Source: the human T2T-CHM13v2.0 reference genome, Homo sapiens
Direction: 5' to 3' (one strand)
Length of the DNA: 64,000 bases
Assembly: GCF_009914755.1 (NCBI RefSeq)
Contig: NC_060928.1
The position numbers and the translations under genes were made by a program. Shown here in pieces: positions 12,356 through 24,157 of this stretch (the first letter of the stretch is position 1; each line of letters starts with the position of its first letter). The notes beneath the pieces are model-generated. The model saw only the letters and a list, made by a program, of their open reading frames with translations, was not told where the DNA came from and did no database searches.

Positions 12356-13479
12356 GTGTCCACCCAGAGCCTAGAGCCTCCCCAGCCCCACGGTGCTTCC
12401 GGCATCCAGAGAAGCCCAAGGGCCCCGGGGTGCTCAGGGAAAGGAGAGGCGGGTGGCACTGCCCCCGCACACGATGCTCTGGTCTTCGGGCCAGCTGGGG
12501 ATGTTGAAAGCTATGGATGGGGGGCAGGCACACTGCCCTTATTTAGGAGGACCTGCAGCTGGAGCACCACCTCACAGGGGAGGGACCACAGGCACCCTCC
12601 ATGCACACAGTCCAGGGACCACCTGCTGTTTGCAGGAGACCCCACTGTCGTCCTCCAGTGCTCCAGAGTCTCTTTAAAGCAATTTTCCTTCATTCACTGA
12701 ACTTCTCTTCTGGGCTGGACACAAGGCAGAGAGAAGAACCCAGTGTGCTCACTGGCCTCAGGAGCTCCCGGGTGGCAGACATCAGGGTGGGCTGTAGCAC
12801 ACCCAAGGCCCTTGGCCCCCAAGTGAGAGAGGACCAGTCCTCTGGAGCCACCTGAGGCTATCACAGGCTGAGGCCTACTCTGACCAGGCTTCCCCTCCCG
12901 TGAATAATGCTGGTAAAAGGGTCCTGGGCACTGAAGGTTGAATCAGGGTTTGCCAGATGGAAGTGCATGGAACGGGACTTCCAGGAGGCAGAGGCACCTA
13001 CATGAGCAGTGCCTATGGGCTGAGAGCATATTCTCTGTGGGTGTATGGCCCTGGCTGGGCCTGGGGTGTTAGGGAGTGGGAAGGGGGAGGCAGCTGGAGT
13101 CAGTGGGGCCCGGTCACAGACCTGGAATGGTGTGGTAAGGAGCCTTGTGATGGAGGACATTAGCCAGGGAGGAAGGTGCTGGTGCTCACTCTAGTCATGG
13201 TCTGAAGAATGGACTGAGGGCCAGGCCTGGCCAAGGGGAGGCCAGTGTGACGGCACAGGTCCTGAATAGCAGGGCTGAGGGCCCTGGGTAGCTGGGTGCA
13301 GGGGGTAGCTCAGGGTACCCTGGGACCCTGGAAGGATCCCCACGCCATGCAGGGGTCAGGAACGGCCTGTGAGACAGGTGTACAGGCCAAGAAGGGAGAG
13401 AGGGTGTTCCTGGGGGCCCCAGTATGAGGCAGGGAATGAGGAAGACAGGCGGACCAAAGTGGCTTAACTCTCCCCACAG

Positions 13480-13605
13480 GAGACCAGCGTCCCTCAGGAG
13501 CTTCTGGTGACTGTGGTGAAGCCGGGGCTGCCCACTTTGGCCGATCTGTACGTGCTCCTGCCCCCTCCCAGGCCCACAAGGAAGAGGAGCCTCTCGAGTG
13601 ATAAG
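13480..13605 (+). CDS. SORCS2: SORCS2 coding exon (probably 23): ETSVPQELLVTVVKPGLPTLADLYVLLPPPRPTRKRSLSSDK
   Basis: ccacag| and |gtatgt; 126 nt; contains the RKR|S basic site. Confidence 0.94.
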
Positions 13606-14109
13606 GTATGTCCTGTGGCCGCTGCACTCCCAGGTCCTCCCTGCACATCCCAGGGCTCGGGTCATTTACAACAAGCAGGGACGTCTCAGTGGCTCATGGC
13701 ATAAAGGCGTCTTTCTCGCTGCATCACAGTCTGACTCAGGGTGGCTTGACCTCGTCCACCTGTGGCTACGCCCTCTGGAAGTCACACAGCCTCTAAGGTC
13801 ACTGCGGCAGAGGTAGTCGGGGGGAGGGCACAGGCTGGACCACCTCCCAGGGGGCTCGCTCATTTCTTCTCCCGTGTCATTGGCTGGAGATGGTCACATG
13901 GCCCCAACCTGACTGCCAGGAGCACTGGGAAATGAGGCTAAGCACTGTCAGGGAGACACCCAAGGGTGTGGGTTTCGGGGCCGAGCAGAAGTCTGCCCCC
14001 ATGCAGTTAGCAAATGTCTTTATTGCACAGGACAACTTCTAAGTAATAGCCCTCATGGAGGGGATAAAAGACCTGCCATGTGACAGGTGTGGGAAGGGGA
14101 CTCAAAGAT

Positions 14110-14790
14110 GAACCAGAATCCCTTCACACCCACTAGGGTGGCTAACATTAAAAATCAGACAATTCCAAGTGTTGCCAAGGAAGCAGAGAACTTGGAACCT
14201 CTCACACTGCTGGTGGAAAGGGTTCAGCTGCTGTGCAAAACGGGCTGGAAATTCCTCAGTAAGTTATACCTAAGTTACCGCATGACCCAGCAAGTCCACT
14301 TATGGGTATATACCCAAGAGAAACAAAAACATACATCCACAGTACATGGATTCACAGCAGCATTACTCATCGTAGCCAAAAAGTGCTCATCGGCTGCTGA
14401 AGAAACAAATTGTGGTCCAACCTTACAATGGAATATTCTTTGACCACCAAAAGGAACGAAGCCCTTGACACCTCTGACAGCATGGACGAACCTTGAAAAC
14501 ATGATGCTAAGTGAAAGAGGCCAGTTGCAAAAGACCACGTAGCGTACAATTCCATTCACATGAAATGCCCAGAACAGGCAAATCCATGGAGACAGAAATA
14601 GATGAGTTGTTGCCAGGGGCTGGGGGAGGGCGCATGGCGAGTGACTGCTAAGGCTAGGGGATTCTTTGGGAGAGGATGAAAACGTGCAGGAATTAGATAG
14701 TGGTAATGCTTGCACAACTTAGGGAATATACTACAATGCATTAAATTGTACACTTTAAAAGAGTAAATGTTATTATCAGTTTCTAAAAAT
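14110..14790 (+). mobile_element. L1ME/L1MB-type 3' fragment
   Basis: cttcacacccactagggtggctaacattaaaa; catggacgaaccttgaaaacatgatgctaagtgaaagaggccag; tgcattaaattgtacactttaaaa. Confidence 0.75.
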
Positions 14791-14974
14791 GAACCAGAAG
14801 CTCACATAGCCTGCACTGGTCAGGGAGACTGACGCTCACTCAGGTGATCTGGAAGGCGTGGCCCGTGCAGGGGAAGGACAGTGCACACTCCAGCATGCCC
14901 ACGTGGTGCCACGTCCCATTTTACAGACATGAGAAGTGAGGCTTGGCGAGGGCCACCGTCAGAAAGGACCGGAG

Positions 14975-16205
14975 GCAATCAAACAGCAGAAGCGCTTCTA
15001 CACACTAACAGCAAGCTACCTGGAAAAGAAATCAAGAAAACAATCCCACTAACAATAGCATCAAAAATTAAAAGCAAAATAAACTACTTAGGAAAAAAAT
15101 TGAACCAAGGAGGTGAAAAACTTGTGAAAAACTTAGGAACAAATTAAACCAAGGTGGTGAAAAGCTTGTGCACTAAAAACCATAAAACACCAGTACAAGA
15201 ATTTGAAGAAGACACAAATCGACGGAAAGATACCCTGTGTTCCTGGATTAGAAGAATTTATATTATTAAGATGTCCATACTACCTAAAGTGATCTACAGA
15301 TTTAATGCAAGGTCTATCAAAATTTCAATGATGTTTTTCACAGAAATAGAAAAAAAAATCCTAAAATTTGTATGGAACTACAAAAGGCCTGAAATAGCCA
15401 AAGCCATTTTGAGCAAAAAGAAAAAAGCTGGAAGCGTCACACTCCCTGACTTCACAATGCGTTACAAAGTTACAGTAATCCAAATAGCACAGTACTGGCA
15501 TAAAAACAGACACAGACCCATGGAACAGAATAGAGCCCAGAAATAAATCCATACATGTACGGTCAATTGATTTTCAATAAAGCTGTCAAGAAGACACAAT
15601 GGAGAAAAGAGAATATCTCCCATAAATATTGTTGGGAAACTGAATATCCACATGCAGAAGAATGCAATTAGATTCTTACACCCTCTACAAAATCCAGCTC
15701 AGAGTGGATTAAAGACAAACGTAAGACCTGAATCTGTAAAAACACCAAAAGAAAACATAGTGAAAAACTATGCATCAGTTTGAGCAATGCTGTTTTGCAG
15801 ATGATCCCAAAAGTACATGCAACAAACGCAAAAATAGACAAACAGGATGTCAAACCAAGAGACCCTTGCACAGCCAGAGAAACAATCAGTGGAGTGAAGA
15901 GATGACCCACAGAATAGGAGAAAAGATTCATGAAGCATACCTCTGACAAGGGTTCACATCCAGAATACGTAAGAAACCCAGCTCCATAGCCAGAAAACAG
16001 GTGACTCGGTTAAAAAACGGGCAAAGGAGCCAAGTAGACATTTCTCAAAGGGAGACACACAAATGGCCAACAGGTATGTGGAAAACATGCTCACCATCTC
16101 GAATCATCAGGGAAATGCTCATTGAAGCCACAGTGAGACATGGCCTCACACCTGTTAGAATGGCTATTGTCAAAATAACAGAGCTGACCAGTGCTGTGAA
16201 AGGTG
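14975..16205 (+). mobile_element. L1 ORF2 C-terminal fragment (degenerate)
   Basis: ORF 15154-15546 ([24 protein letters not shown]...[19 protein letters not shown]) is clearly L1 ORF2p-like; stops and frameshifts elsewhere. Confidence 0.9.
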
Positions 16206-16849
16206 GCTGGTCTCTGAGCCCACCCAGCCCTGGGTGATGACTGATGCTTGGACCTGGGAAGTAGTGAGAGGGGCCGGGAGGGAGTGAGAGGGGTGAGGAG
16301 GAAGCCCTCCTCTGCGCCGGGCACCTCACGCATTTGTCACGTCACGCAGACCCTGGAGGAGGATGCCCGTGGCCCACAAGGCTGGCTGCCTTTTGGCCCC
16401 TGCCCTCTCCAGCTATAGGTGCCCCCGACCCTGCATCCCTCACCCTACAACCCAGCACCACCTCCTGGGATATCCCTCCCTCAGGTAGGGGGTCTGATTC
16501 TCCTGTCCTGCCCTGTCTCATTCTCTTCTTGGTCTTCCGCCTCCAGGAGGCCTTCCCTGACCACCACTGGGGGATGGAGCCTCCTGGAGCACCCCTGCAT
16601 TTCCCCAACTTGGCACACTCCGTAGCCTGTGTCTTTTACATTCCCGACTAAAACAAGAGCTCATGAAGGCCAGAGCCATGTCTCGGTCACCTTTGTGTCC
16701 CTTCCATGGTTCTTGGTGAAAGTTCCCTTGTGGGTGATTATTCCCGTGGTACAAAGGAGGACACCGAGGCTCAGCGAGGCCAGGTGGCCTGCCCAGCCCC
16801 ATGGCTCCAGAGGGTCCAAGCAGGACTCACACTGGTCCACCCAGCTCTC

Positions 16850-17190
16850 CCATCCCCCTCTGGTGGATCCCAGAGCCACCCCCCAACTCTCCCCTACTTC
16901 CGGTAGATCCCACCAGATCCCCCTCCCTCTCCCCACCCCTCTGGTGGATCCCAGCAGACCTTGCTCCCCTCCCCCCTAGTGGAGGACACCCCCTCACTCT
17001 CTCCACCAGAGGAGGGCCCTTCCTCCCCTTTCACCTGTAGCAGACCCTCTCCCCCACCCCCCATGGAGGACCCCTTCACTCTCCTCCTGGTAGAAGACCC
17101 CCCCAACACGTGGAGACCCCTCACTCCCCTCCTGGAGGAGGACCCCATCCCCCTTCCCTTTTGGCAGAGGAGCCTCCATGGAGGCCTCAC
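16850..17190. repeat. C-rich degenerate tandem repeat (ctggtggatccc / ggaggacccc units)
   Basis: Recurring cccctctggtggatcccag and ggaggaccccttcactctc motifs. Confidence 0.6.
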
Positions 17191-17214
17191 TCACTGTCCC
17201 CTCTGTGCTTGCAG

Positions 17215-17314
17215 AGGCTCGCCGCCATCCAGCAGGTGCTGAACGCACAGAAGATCAGCTTCCTCCTGCGAGGCGGAGTCCGGGTCCTGGTGGCCCTGCG
17301 GGACACAGGCACAG
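17215..17314 (+). CDS. SORCS2: SORCS2 coding exon (probably 24): RLAAIQQVLNAQKISFLLRGGVRVLVALRDTGT
   Basis: ttgcag| and |gtgagc; 100 nt; frame continuous. Confidence 0.93.
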
Positions 17315-17884
17315 GTGAGCCACTGGGAGCTCCCCTGCGGAATGGGTGGAGGAGGCATCCGGGCCCTGGAGAAGCCATGTCCCTGCAGGGCCCTCGGGCA
17401 GATGGCCCGTATCCCCCTCCTGGTGGGTGTTCGCCTCTGATGGAACTGAGAACCCACCCAGGTCAGACGCAGGACCCCGCTCTCCCTCTGCGGATGCCCC
17501 ATGGAGCACTGCTCTTACCTGATACCCACGCTTCGGGTCTCGGATAATCTCTGCCCCTTCCCCAACCCACAGAGCTGTCTCCTCGGCTGTCAGTCATCCT
17601 TTCCCCTTTGGGGCAAAAGCCTTTGCAGAAGCCGATGAGTTTTGCTCTGCTCTGTAAAGACACCGTGCCCTTGAAACTCGGCAGGTTCGCCCCACACCAG
17701 CATCAACATAGCCGGGGAGCTCTGCCCACAGCCTCCATCCCCAGTGGGAGCCAGGTCAAGGGGCGGGGACCTCTCCAAGGCCACACAGGACGCACTCCTG
17801 GTCATTTATGGCCTCTGGCCCCTCTCAGCCACATCAGGAGCGCCGGCCACGGGCATGGAACAGCCTCCACACCAAGGAGGCTGT

Positions 17885-18125
17885 GGCAGGGACAGGCAGG
17901 GGATAGGCAGGGACAGGCAGGGGACGGGCAGGAACAGGTGGGGGACAGGAAGAGGTCAAGCCGGGAATGGGCTGGGGAAGGGCTGGGGAGGGAATGGGAA
18001 TGGGCTGAAGACAGGCAGGAAATGGGCCAGGGACAGGCAGGGGACAAGCTGGGGATGGGCGGGGGACAGGCTGGGGACGGGTGGGGGACAGACGGGATGG
18101 GCTGGGGATGGGACAGGGATGGGCG
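17885..18125 (+). repeat. G-rich degenerate repeat (gggacaggcaggg / ggctgggga), G-quadruplex-prone
   Basis: Many GGG runs with short spacers. Confidence 0.7.
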
Positions 18126-18164
18126 GTGCCCGAGGTCCTCCACTGACAACCGCTTTGCTTGCAG

Positions 18165-18267
18165 GTGCTGAGCAGCTGGGCGGCGGTGGCGGCTACTGGG
18201 CGGTAGTGGTGCTGTTTGTCATCGGGCTCTTCGCAGCGGGAGCCTTCATCCTCTACAAGTTCAAAAG
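18165..18267 (+). CDS. SORCS2: SORCS2 transmembrane exon (probably 25): AEQLGGGGGYWAVVVLFVIGLFAAGAFILYKFK
   Basis: ttgcag| acceptor; hydrophobic helix followed by YKFK; non-canonical donor AG|gcaagg (GC-AG intron). Confidence 0.92.
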
Positions 18268-20961
18268 GCAAGGCCCTTGGCTGCCCTCCTCTGCGGGGCT
18301 CTGACCATGGGGCCGTAGGAAGCCAGGCCCAACTCACTCAGGCAGATCTAGAAAGGGCCCCAGCAGGGCCTCAGAAGGGAGTGGTGAGAGTTTGTGCCTG
18401 TGATGGGCTGCAGGGGGAGGTGCTTGCCTGGCTCTGTACCACCTGTGGGGTCCCTGGAAGAGACGGCCGCCACTCGCAACCCAGAGAGCATCACCCTCCC
18501 ACTCCTCCACTCTCCCCAGGACATCCCAGCCATCATGCTGTTCAGCCCCACCCACCTCACAGGGAGGACACTGCCCATCTCACAGATGAGGAAACCAGGC
18601 TCAGAGAGGTTAAGCAGTGTACCCAAGGTAACACAGACGGCCAGCCTCAGAACTGGGACCTGACCCAGGCCCGCCCACATCCCAGGGTTCCTTGGCCGCC
18701 CGCCCATCCCTTCCCTCCCCTCGAGAGCACTTGAGAGCTGCTGAGCTTCCTGCCAGGCGCTCCCGTGGGGAGGGCTCTGGGTGTCCCCGTGAGGGAGCTG
18801 CTTGTGCCGAGGCTGGGGTGAGGTGGCAAGAACAGTGTTTGTCTATTGGGAGGGGCTTTCATACCTCTCTTTCCTTCTGAGCCTGTTCCCTGGCTGTGAA
18901 ATGGGTGTGATCCCCCGACGCTGGGACGCGTCATGGCCACCCTGCAGGGGCTGGACAACTTGAAGTTCCCTGGACGCTAGACCTGGAATGAGCAAAGTGA
19001 CCCGGCCCCGGCAGCATCACCAGACTCCTTCCCTGCAAACGCAGCTCCCAGATTTAGCCCTATTGTTTCTCCCCTGCCTGCTGGTTCAGCTCCGGGGGCC
19101 CCAGTCTCCCCATCGGGGTCACCCTTGAGGATCATCAAATGCCACAGCTCACCCCTTCCTTTCGGCTTATTTGGAGCCTCGGGCCCTTCCCCGATGCCAA
19201 GCCCCAGCCTTTCATGGGCCCTGGACTCCCCCAACCCCTCCTCCTGCTCCCGGTCCCACTGTTTTATGCACTGCGGGTCTTTTGAGTAGTAGTTTCATGT
19301 GTGCCCCCGTTCCACAGGCTGGCCCAGGCTCTGGGACACAGCATTAATTGTCTGGGAGCGCGTCCAGGAGCTCCTTACCCACCTTGTTACTCAATTCCAC
19401 CCAAAGGGTTGGCCTGAGGCACTCAGAGCTGAACTGGAGAATCTGGGAGGACTTCCCTGAGGAAGTGACTTCTGGTGGGGATCCTGAAGGATGAATAGGA
19501 GTCTGTGGGGCAAAGAAGTAAAATAGGGTCTGTCCTGTGGTCTTTCCCAAGTTCCAAACTCAGAGAGGCACTGGCTTCCGAACAGGTCTATCCAGGGGTT
19601 CCGTAGGCACTGCAAATTTAAATCAAACTCAGCATCTTCTTCCCCCAAAGCTGGTGCTGAGCAAATGACACTGTCCTCTACCAGGTGCCCAGGTCAGGAA
19701 TCCCACCTCCTTCCTGTGTGCTCCCCCTCCAGCCTATATCCCATGGCCACTGCAACTGGGGTTTGTCACAGCTAGGAGGTGGCAGGGGCGGCCTTCGAGC
19801 CCAGGCTTTCAGGTCCTGAAACCAGGCACCCGACTGCCCTGGAAACAAAAGCAGCTTAAAGTTGGTGCTGACAAACCCCAGGGCTGTGACTCCAGTCTCT
19901 GGGAGCTTGAATGTATTGGGCATAGGCAGAAGTGCCCAATATACTTCAAGGCTCCATCTCACAGCAGAGCAACGCCCGTTTGTCCCCAGTGGCCTGAGGC
20001 TTTAGGCTCTGGTGCGGCCTGTGCCCTCGGGAGCTCCCGGCTTGCTCAAGGGCTGGGCTGGGCAGCACTGACAACCCAGTCAAAGCCCTCAGCCACATGC
20101 CCCTGGGGCCCGGCAGGGGCTTGGCCCTCGTCTCTCAAGGCTCTAGACTGAGGCAGCAGCGCTGCTTTGAGCATATAAATCCAGTGGTGAAGTGTTGCAG
20201 CTTATAGGTGATACTGGCCACCCTCTGTCACCCTCAGAGCTAGTCACAGGTCCCGCCCCACCCCATCCTGCCGTTAAAATGTTTCCAGAGGGCTGGCGAT
20301 GTTCATCAGCTGCATCTGAGAAAGCCCCCCTCTCCCACTGAGTCTCAGTCCCCTCATCTGTGAAATGGGACCCTGACCCTGGGTTTTGATTGGACTAAGT
20401 GGGGTGTCGTGCATGAAGGAGCCTGGCCCAGGGCGGGTCCTGAGCCGGGTCCCAGTGGAGGCAGCGGGGCTGTGCCCACCCTCTCCCTTTCCTCGCTGGG
20501 AAATCGAGGACAGTACTCCCCCAGGACGCCTGGACGGGGCTCAGCAAGTGCCTCTCAGAGCTGGGCCGGCTCGTGCCTCCTGCGGGAATGTGTGCCCAGC
20601 CCAGTGGCAGGGTGGCCAGGCATGGGGGGTCGGGGGAAAGAGGATATCATGCCCTCTCCCCACCACATGCCCACGCTTCGATTCTCAGGGGAGATGACAG
20701 ATACACAGTGATCACCCAATGTGTCAGGGCAGAGGGAATCCCAGGGCCAAGGGAGCATGCAGGAGGGAGGGCTTCCTGGAGGAAGTGGCTTTGAGCAGAG
20801 ATGGGGCAGGAGGCAAAACTTGGGGCTGGGGTAGGCACCTCTGGAGTGCTGTGGGCACCGTGCACCACACTCGGTGTGGTCAGGCGGCCAGCGGACGGCT
20901 CCAGGGACAGGCGGCCTGGGAAGCCCCTCCAAGCTGAGCCGCCCTTGCCTCTGTCCAGCAG

Positions 20962-21065
20962 GAAACGGCCAGGCAGGACCGTGTACGCCCAAATGCACAA
21001 CGAGAAGGAGCAGGAGATGACCAGCCCTGTGAGTCACAGTGAGGACGTCCAGGGCGCTGTCCAGG
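20962..21065 (+). CDS. SORCS2: SORCS2 cytoplasmic exon (probably 26): RKRPGRTVYAQMHNEKEQEMTSPVSHSEDVQGAVQG
   Basis: cagcag| tandem acceptor, |gtgagg donor; alternative donor after 21107; YAQM is a YxxPhi motif. Confidence 0.93.
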
Positions 21066-21589
21066 GTGAGGAGTTTATAGATGATGATCTCGACTCGCAG
21101 ACTCTAGGTAACGTCCGCCCCAAACCCACCCCGCCCTCCCACAGGCCACCCCGCTGGGCCGCTGGGGCCAGCAAAACGCTGGCCCAGCAGCCCTTGCCAG
21201 CGGGTCGGTCGGGCCCACTGTGTCCCCTCCATCTGATGAGGGGATGACGGGACCTGACAGGGCTGCCGGCAGAGATGAAATCTGAGACATGTGGACGCTG
21301 AGGGCCCCATCCCTGGCAATGACCAAAAGCCCCCGACAGCCCCATCAAGGCAGGGAAAGGACGGGAAACAGGGCTGGCTTTGAAAGGAAGCCTGACTCGG
21401 GCCTCAGGACGTGGGAGGCCTTTCCCCCACAGCCGCTCCCTCAACACTCCCAGTCCTCCACTTCACTGCAGTGGTGATCTAGGGAGCACGCCACACATGG
21501 ACCTGCGGCACTGCACTTTACAGTTTATGAAGCATTTCCACTGATGGGATCCCCTTCGCTCCTGGTCATGCCCAGCAAGGAGAAGATCA

Positions 21590-22050
21590 GTCATCTACAG
21601 CTGCATGACAAACCGCCCACCTCAGCGGCGTAGCATCGTTTATGGCCGTTTTCTCTTCTGGTGTCTGGGAGCTGACTGGGCTCAGCCGGGCTGCTCGCTG
21701 TCAGGGTCTCTCATGAGGCTGCAGTCAATGGCTGGTGCAGCAGTCATCTCAAAGCTTGCCTCACTCAGATGGCCAGCAATTAATGCAGGCAGTCAGCTAA
21801 CCCCTCACCTGGACCATCGACCGGGACACCTGCACATGGTCTCGCTGTGTGGCTTGGGCTTCCTCCCAGCATGGCGGCTGACTTCCAAGAGCATGTGGAG
21901 GGAGGTGGCCAGGCAGGAGCCACACCCCTTTCAGGGCCTGGCCTTGAAGTCATACGCTGTCACTTGTGTCTTGCCCTGTCCATGTTTGAGGGGAGGGGAC
22001 ACGGACTGCATCCCTCAGCCGCAGTCAGAGCATGATGCCATCCAGCGCAA
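21590..22050. mobile_element. Old MLT1-type LTR remnant
   Basis: gggctcagccgggctg...gtggcttgggcttcctcccagcatggcggctg resembles MLT1 LTRs; subfamily and boundaries uncertain. Confidence 0.5.
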
Positions 22051-24092
22051 CAGGCACTATAGTTCTTTCTCTGGATGAGGGGGGAAACTGAGGCCCAGGA
22101 GGCTCTGAGACTTGCCAGAGGGCTGGGAGCCTGTGCTGCCAGGGCCGTGGCACCAGCCCTGCATGCCGTGTCGGGCAAGTGCCGCCGGCAGCCAGGCGGT
22201 GTGGGCACTTTCCATGCCTGTCTCAGCTCAGCAGCCGAGGAGGCAGGCTCTTCCCTAGAGCTGAGGACATGGAAGTGCAAAGACATGGACTGTCCTTGCC
22301 CAAGGTCACAGCTGGTGGTGAACGGAGCTGGAAGTCACATCTTGGCAGACCCCAGGGACCCGGCGTCTCCCCTACAGTTCCTGTTCTCTCTTAATCCCCA
22401 TCTGGGCCTGATTTTATGGTGACGTCGGCACACACCTCTCACCGTTGCTGCGGGGTTCTGCGGTAGCTTCTGGAGCAGAGAACGGCACACAGGAAGCCAC
22501 GGAGGTCTTGGCACCACCAGCTGCTGCCACTGCCGTTCTGATGATCCGGCTTCGAGCGTCACTCACACTCTGCATCCGGGACATCCTCAGAACGTGAGCG
22601 GCGGAAACCACTGTCCCCACTGTGCAAATTATTGAAAGTGAGGCTCAAAAAGGAGAAGTCGCTCACCCCGGCCAGCCAGACCCCAAAGCCTGTGACCTTC
22701 ACACTGTCTTGAGAGGGGTCAGGGCAGCTGAATGGACTGGCCACGGTCCCTCTCTGCCTCCCCTGCGCGCTCTCCAGCCCCTCACCAGGCCTGTCTGCCC
22801 CACCCCCGGTGGGGGTCCCTTGTCTCCAGCATCGCCAGCCCAGGTGTGTTCCTCATGGCGTGATGCGTCTGTAGACTTGGAAACATCACAGGACCCAGGT
22901 ACTTCACGGAGCGCTCGCTCTGTGTCAGCCCCAGCTCAGCGCCTCCCAGACACCGTCTGACTTCCCGGAGGCAGTCATCGACATTGCGCCCACTGCACAG
23001 ATGAGAAAGCTGAGGGTCAGAGCTGTTACTCAACCTCCCCAGGTCACTTAGTGAAAAGAGGTGGAGCCGGGCTCAAGCCTGACTCAGTGGCTATACAGCT
23101 GTGTGCCCCCCGAAGGCCCCGGGCCGCGGGTGAGCGTCCTACAACTCTAAAGACCCCTCCACTGGTCTTGCTCCTGCTGGGGCAGGAGGTGGTTTTGGGG
23201 CTCCCTCTCCTGCAGGCGGCATCACCCCCATGCTCACCCCCAGGCCTTCTCGAGTGGACAGAGGTCACAGGGTCTCAGGAAGACAGGGCTCGGCTCCCCA
23301 GCCCCCGATGGCTTTTTGCTTCCAAGCCCCTAAAGAGTAATCCTAGTGGGGTAGTAAGATTCATGCAGCCAAGCCCTTGGTCCACGCCAGCCTTGCCAAT
23401 GCAGCAGCCGCACTTCCCCGTCTGACCCACGCCAGTCCTTTGAGGGGTGCGGTTGACCCTCACGTTAGAGATGAAGAAGCCAAGGCCCAGCCAGGTGAAG
23501 GATGGGCGAGGACTCAGGCAAGGACTCAGGTGTGTCTGGGCTGTGCCGCGGGTGCTCCCAGCCGTGTCTCCCGGTGCCCTTGAGGCGGGGCAGCTCTGGG
23601 TCCTGGGTCCTCGACCTCTCTCCTTGACTCCTAACCAGCCCCCACCCGGGACACCCGGCTCACCCCTTGGCACTGACATCCCTATGCCCCCCTCTCTCCC
23701 ACTCTCGCCTCCCGGGGCCTCGCCACTCTACGCCCTGCAGCGCCCACTGCCAGGAGGGGGCGGAGCCTCAGCCCCTCTCGCACCCCCTTGCTGCCGATGC
23801 CGGGGGCGATCCCCACGCAGGTCAGTGGCTGTGGCGGGTTGGGGCCGGCCTGGGCCTCACCTCTCAGGCCCTCTGGGGCCCACTGCTTGTGATGGCACCG
23901 GGAGAGCCCACTCCTCAGGCACCCACCTAGGAACCGCGGAGACCCCCTGCACCTGCACGGGCTGAAGGAAGCCAGGGAGGCCCACTGCACGTTGGCTCGA
24001 GGCACTGCCTGAGGCCGCGACCGTGTCCCCTGTGGCCCTGTCTCCAGTCCCGGGCTTGTGCTCACGGGACCTGCGTCTCTTCTGTTTCCTAG

Positions 24093-24157
24093 GCAACCAC
24101 TCAGGCGTGGTCCTGAGCATCAACTCCCGAGAGATGCACAGCTACCTGGTGAGCTGA
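24093..24157 (+). CDS. SORCS2: SORCS2 last coding exon: NHSGVVLSINSREMHSYLVS*
   Basis: ttcctag| acceptor; TGA at 24155-24157; matches the recalled SorCS2 C-terminus. Confidence 0.95.

Noticed and set aside
15154-15546. 130-aa ORF as a gene or active reverse transcriptase
   Set aside because: Fragment of a decayed L1 ORF2.
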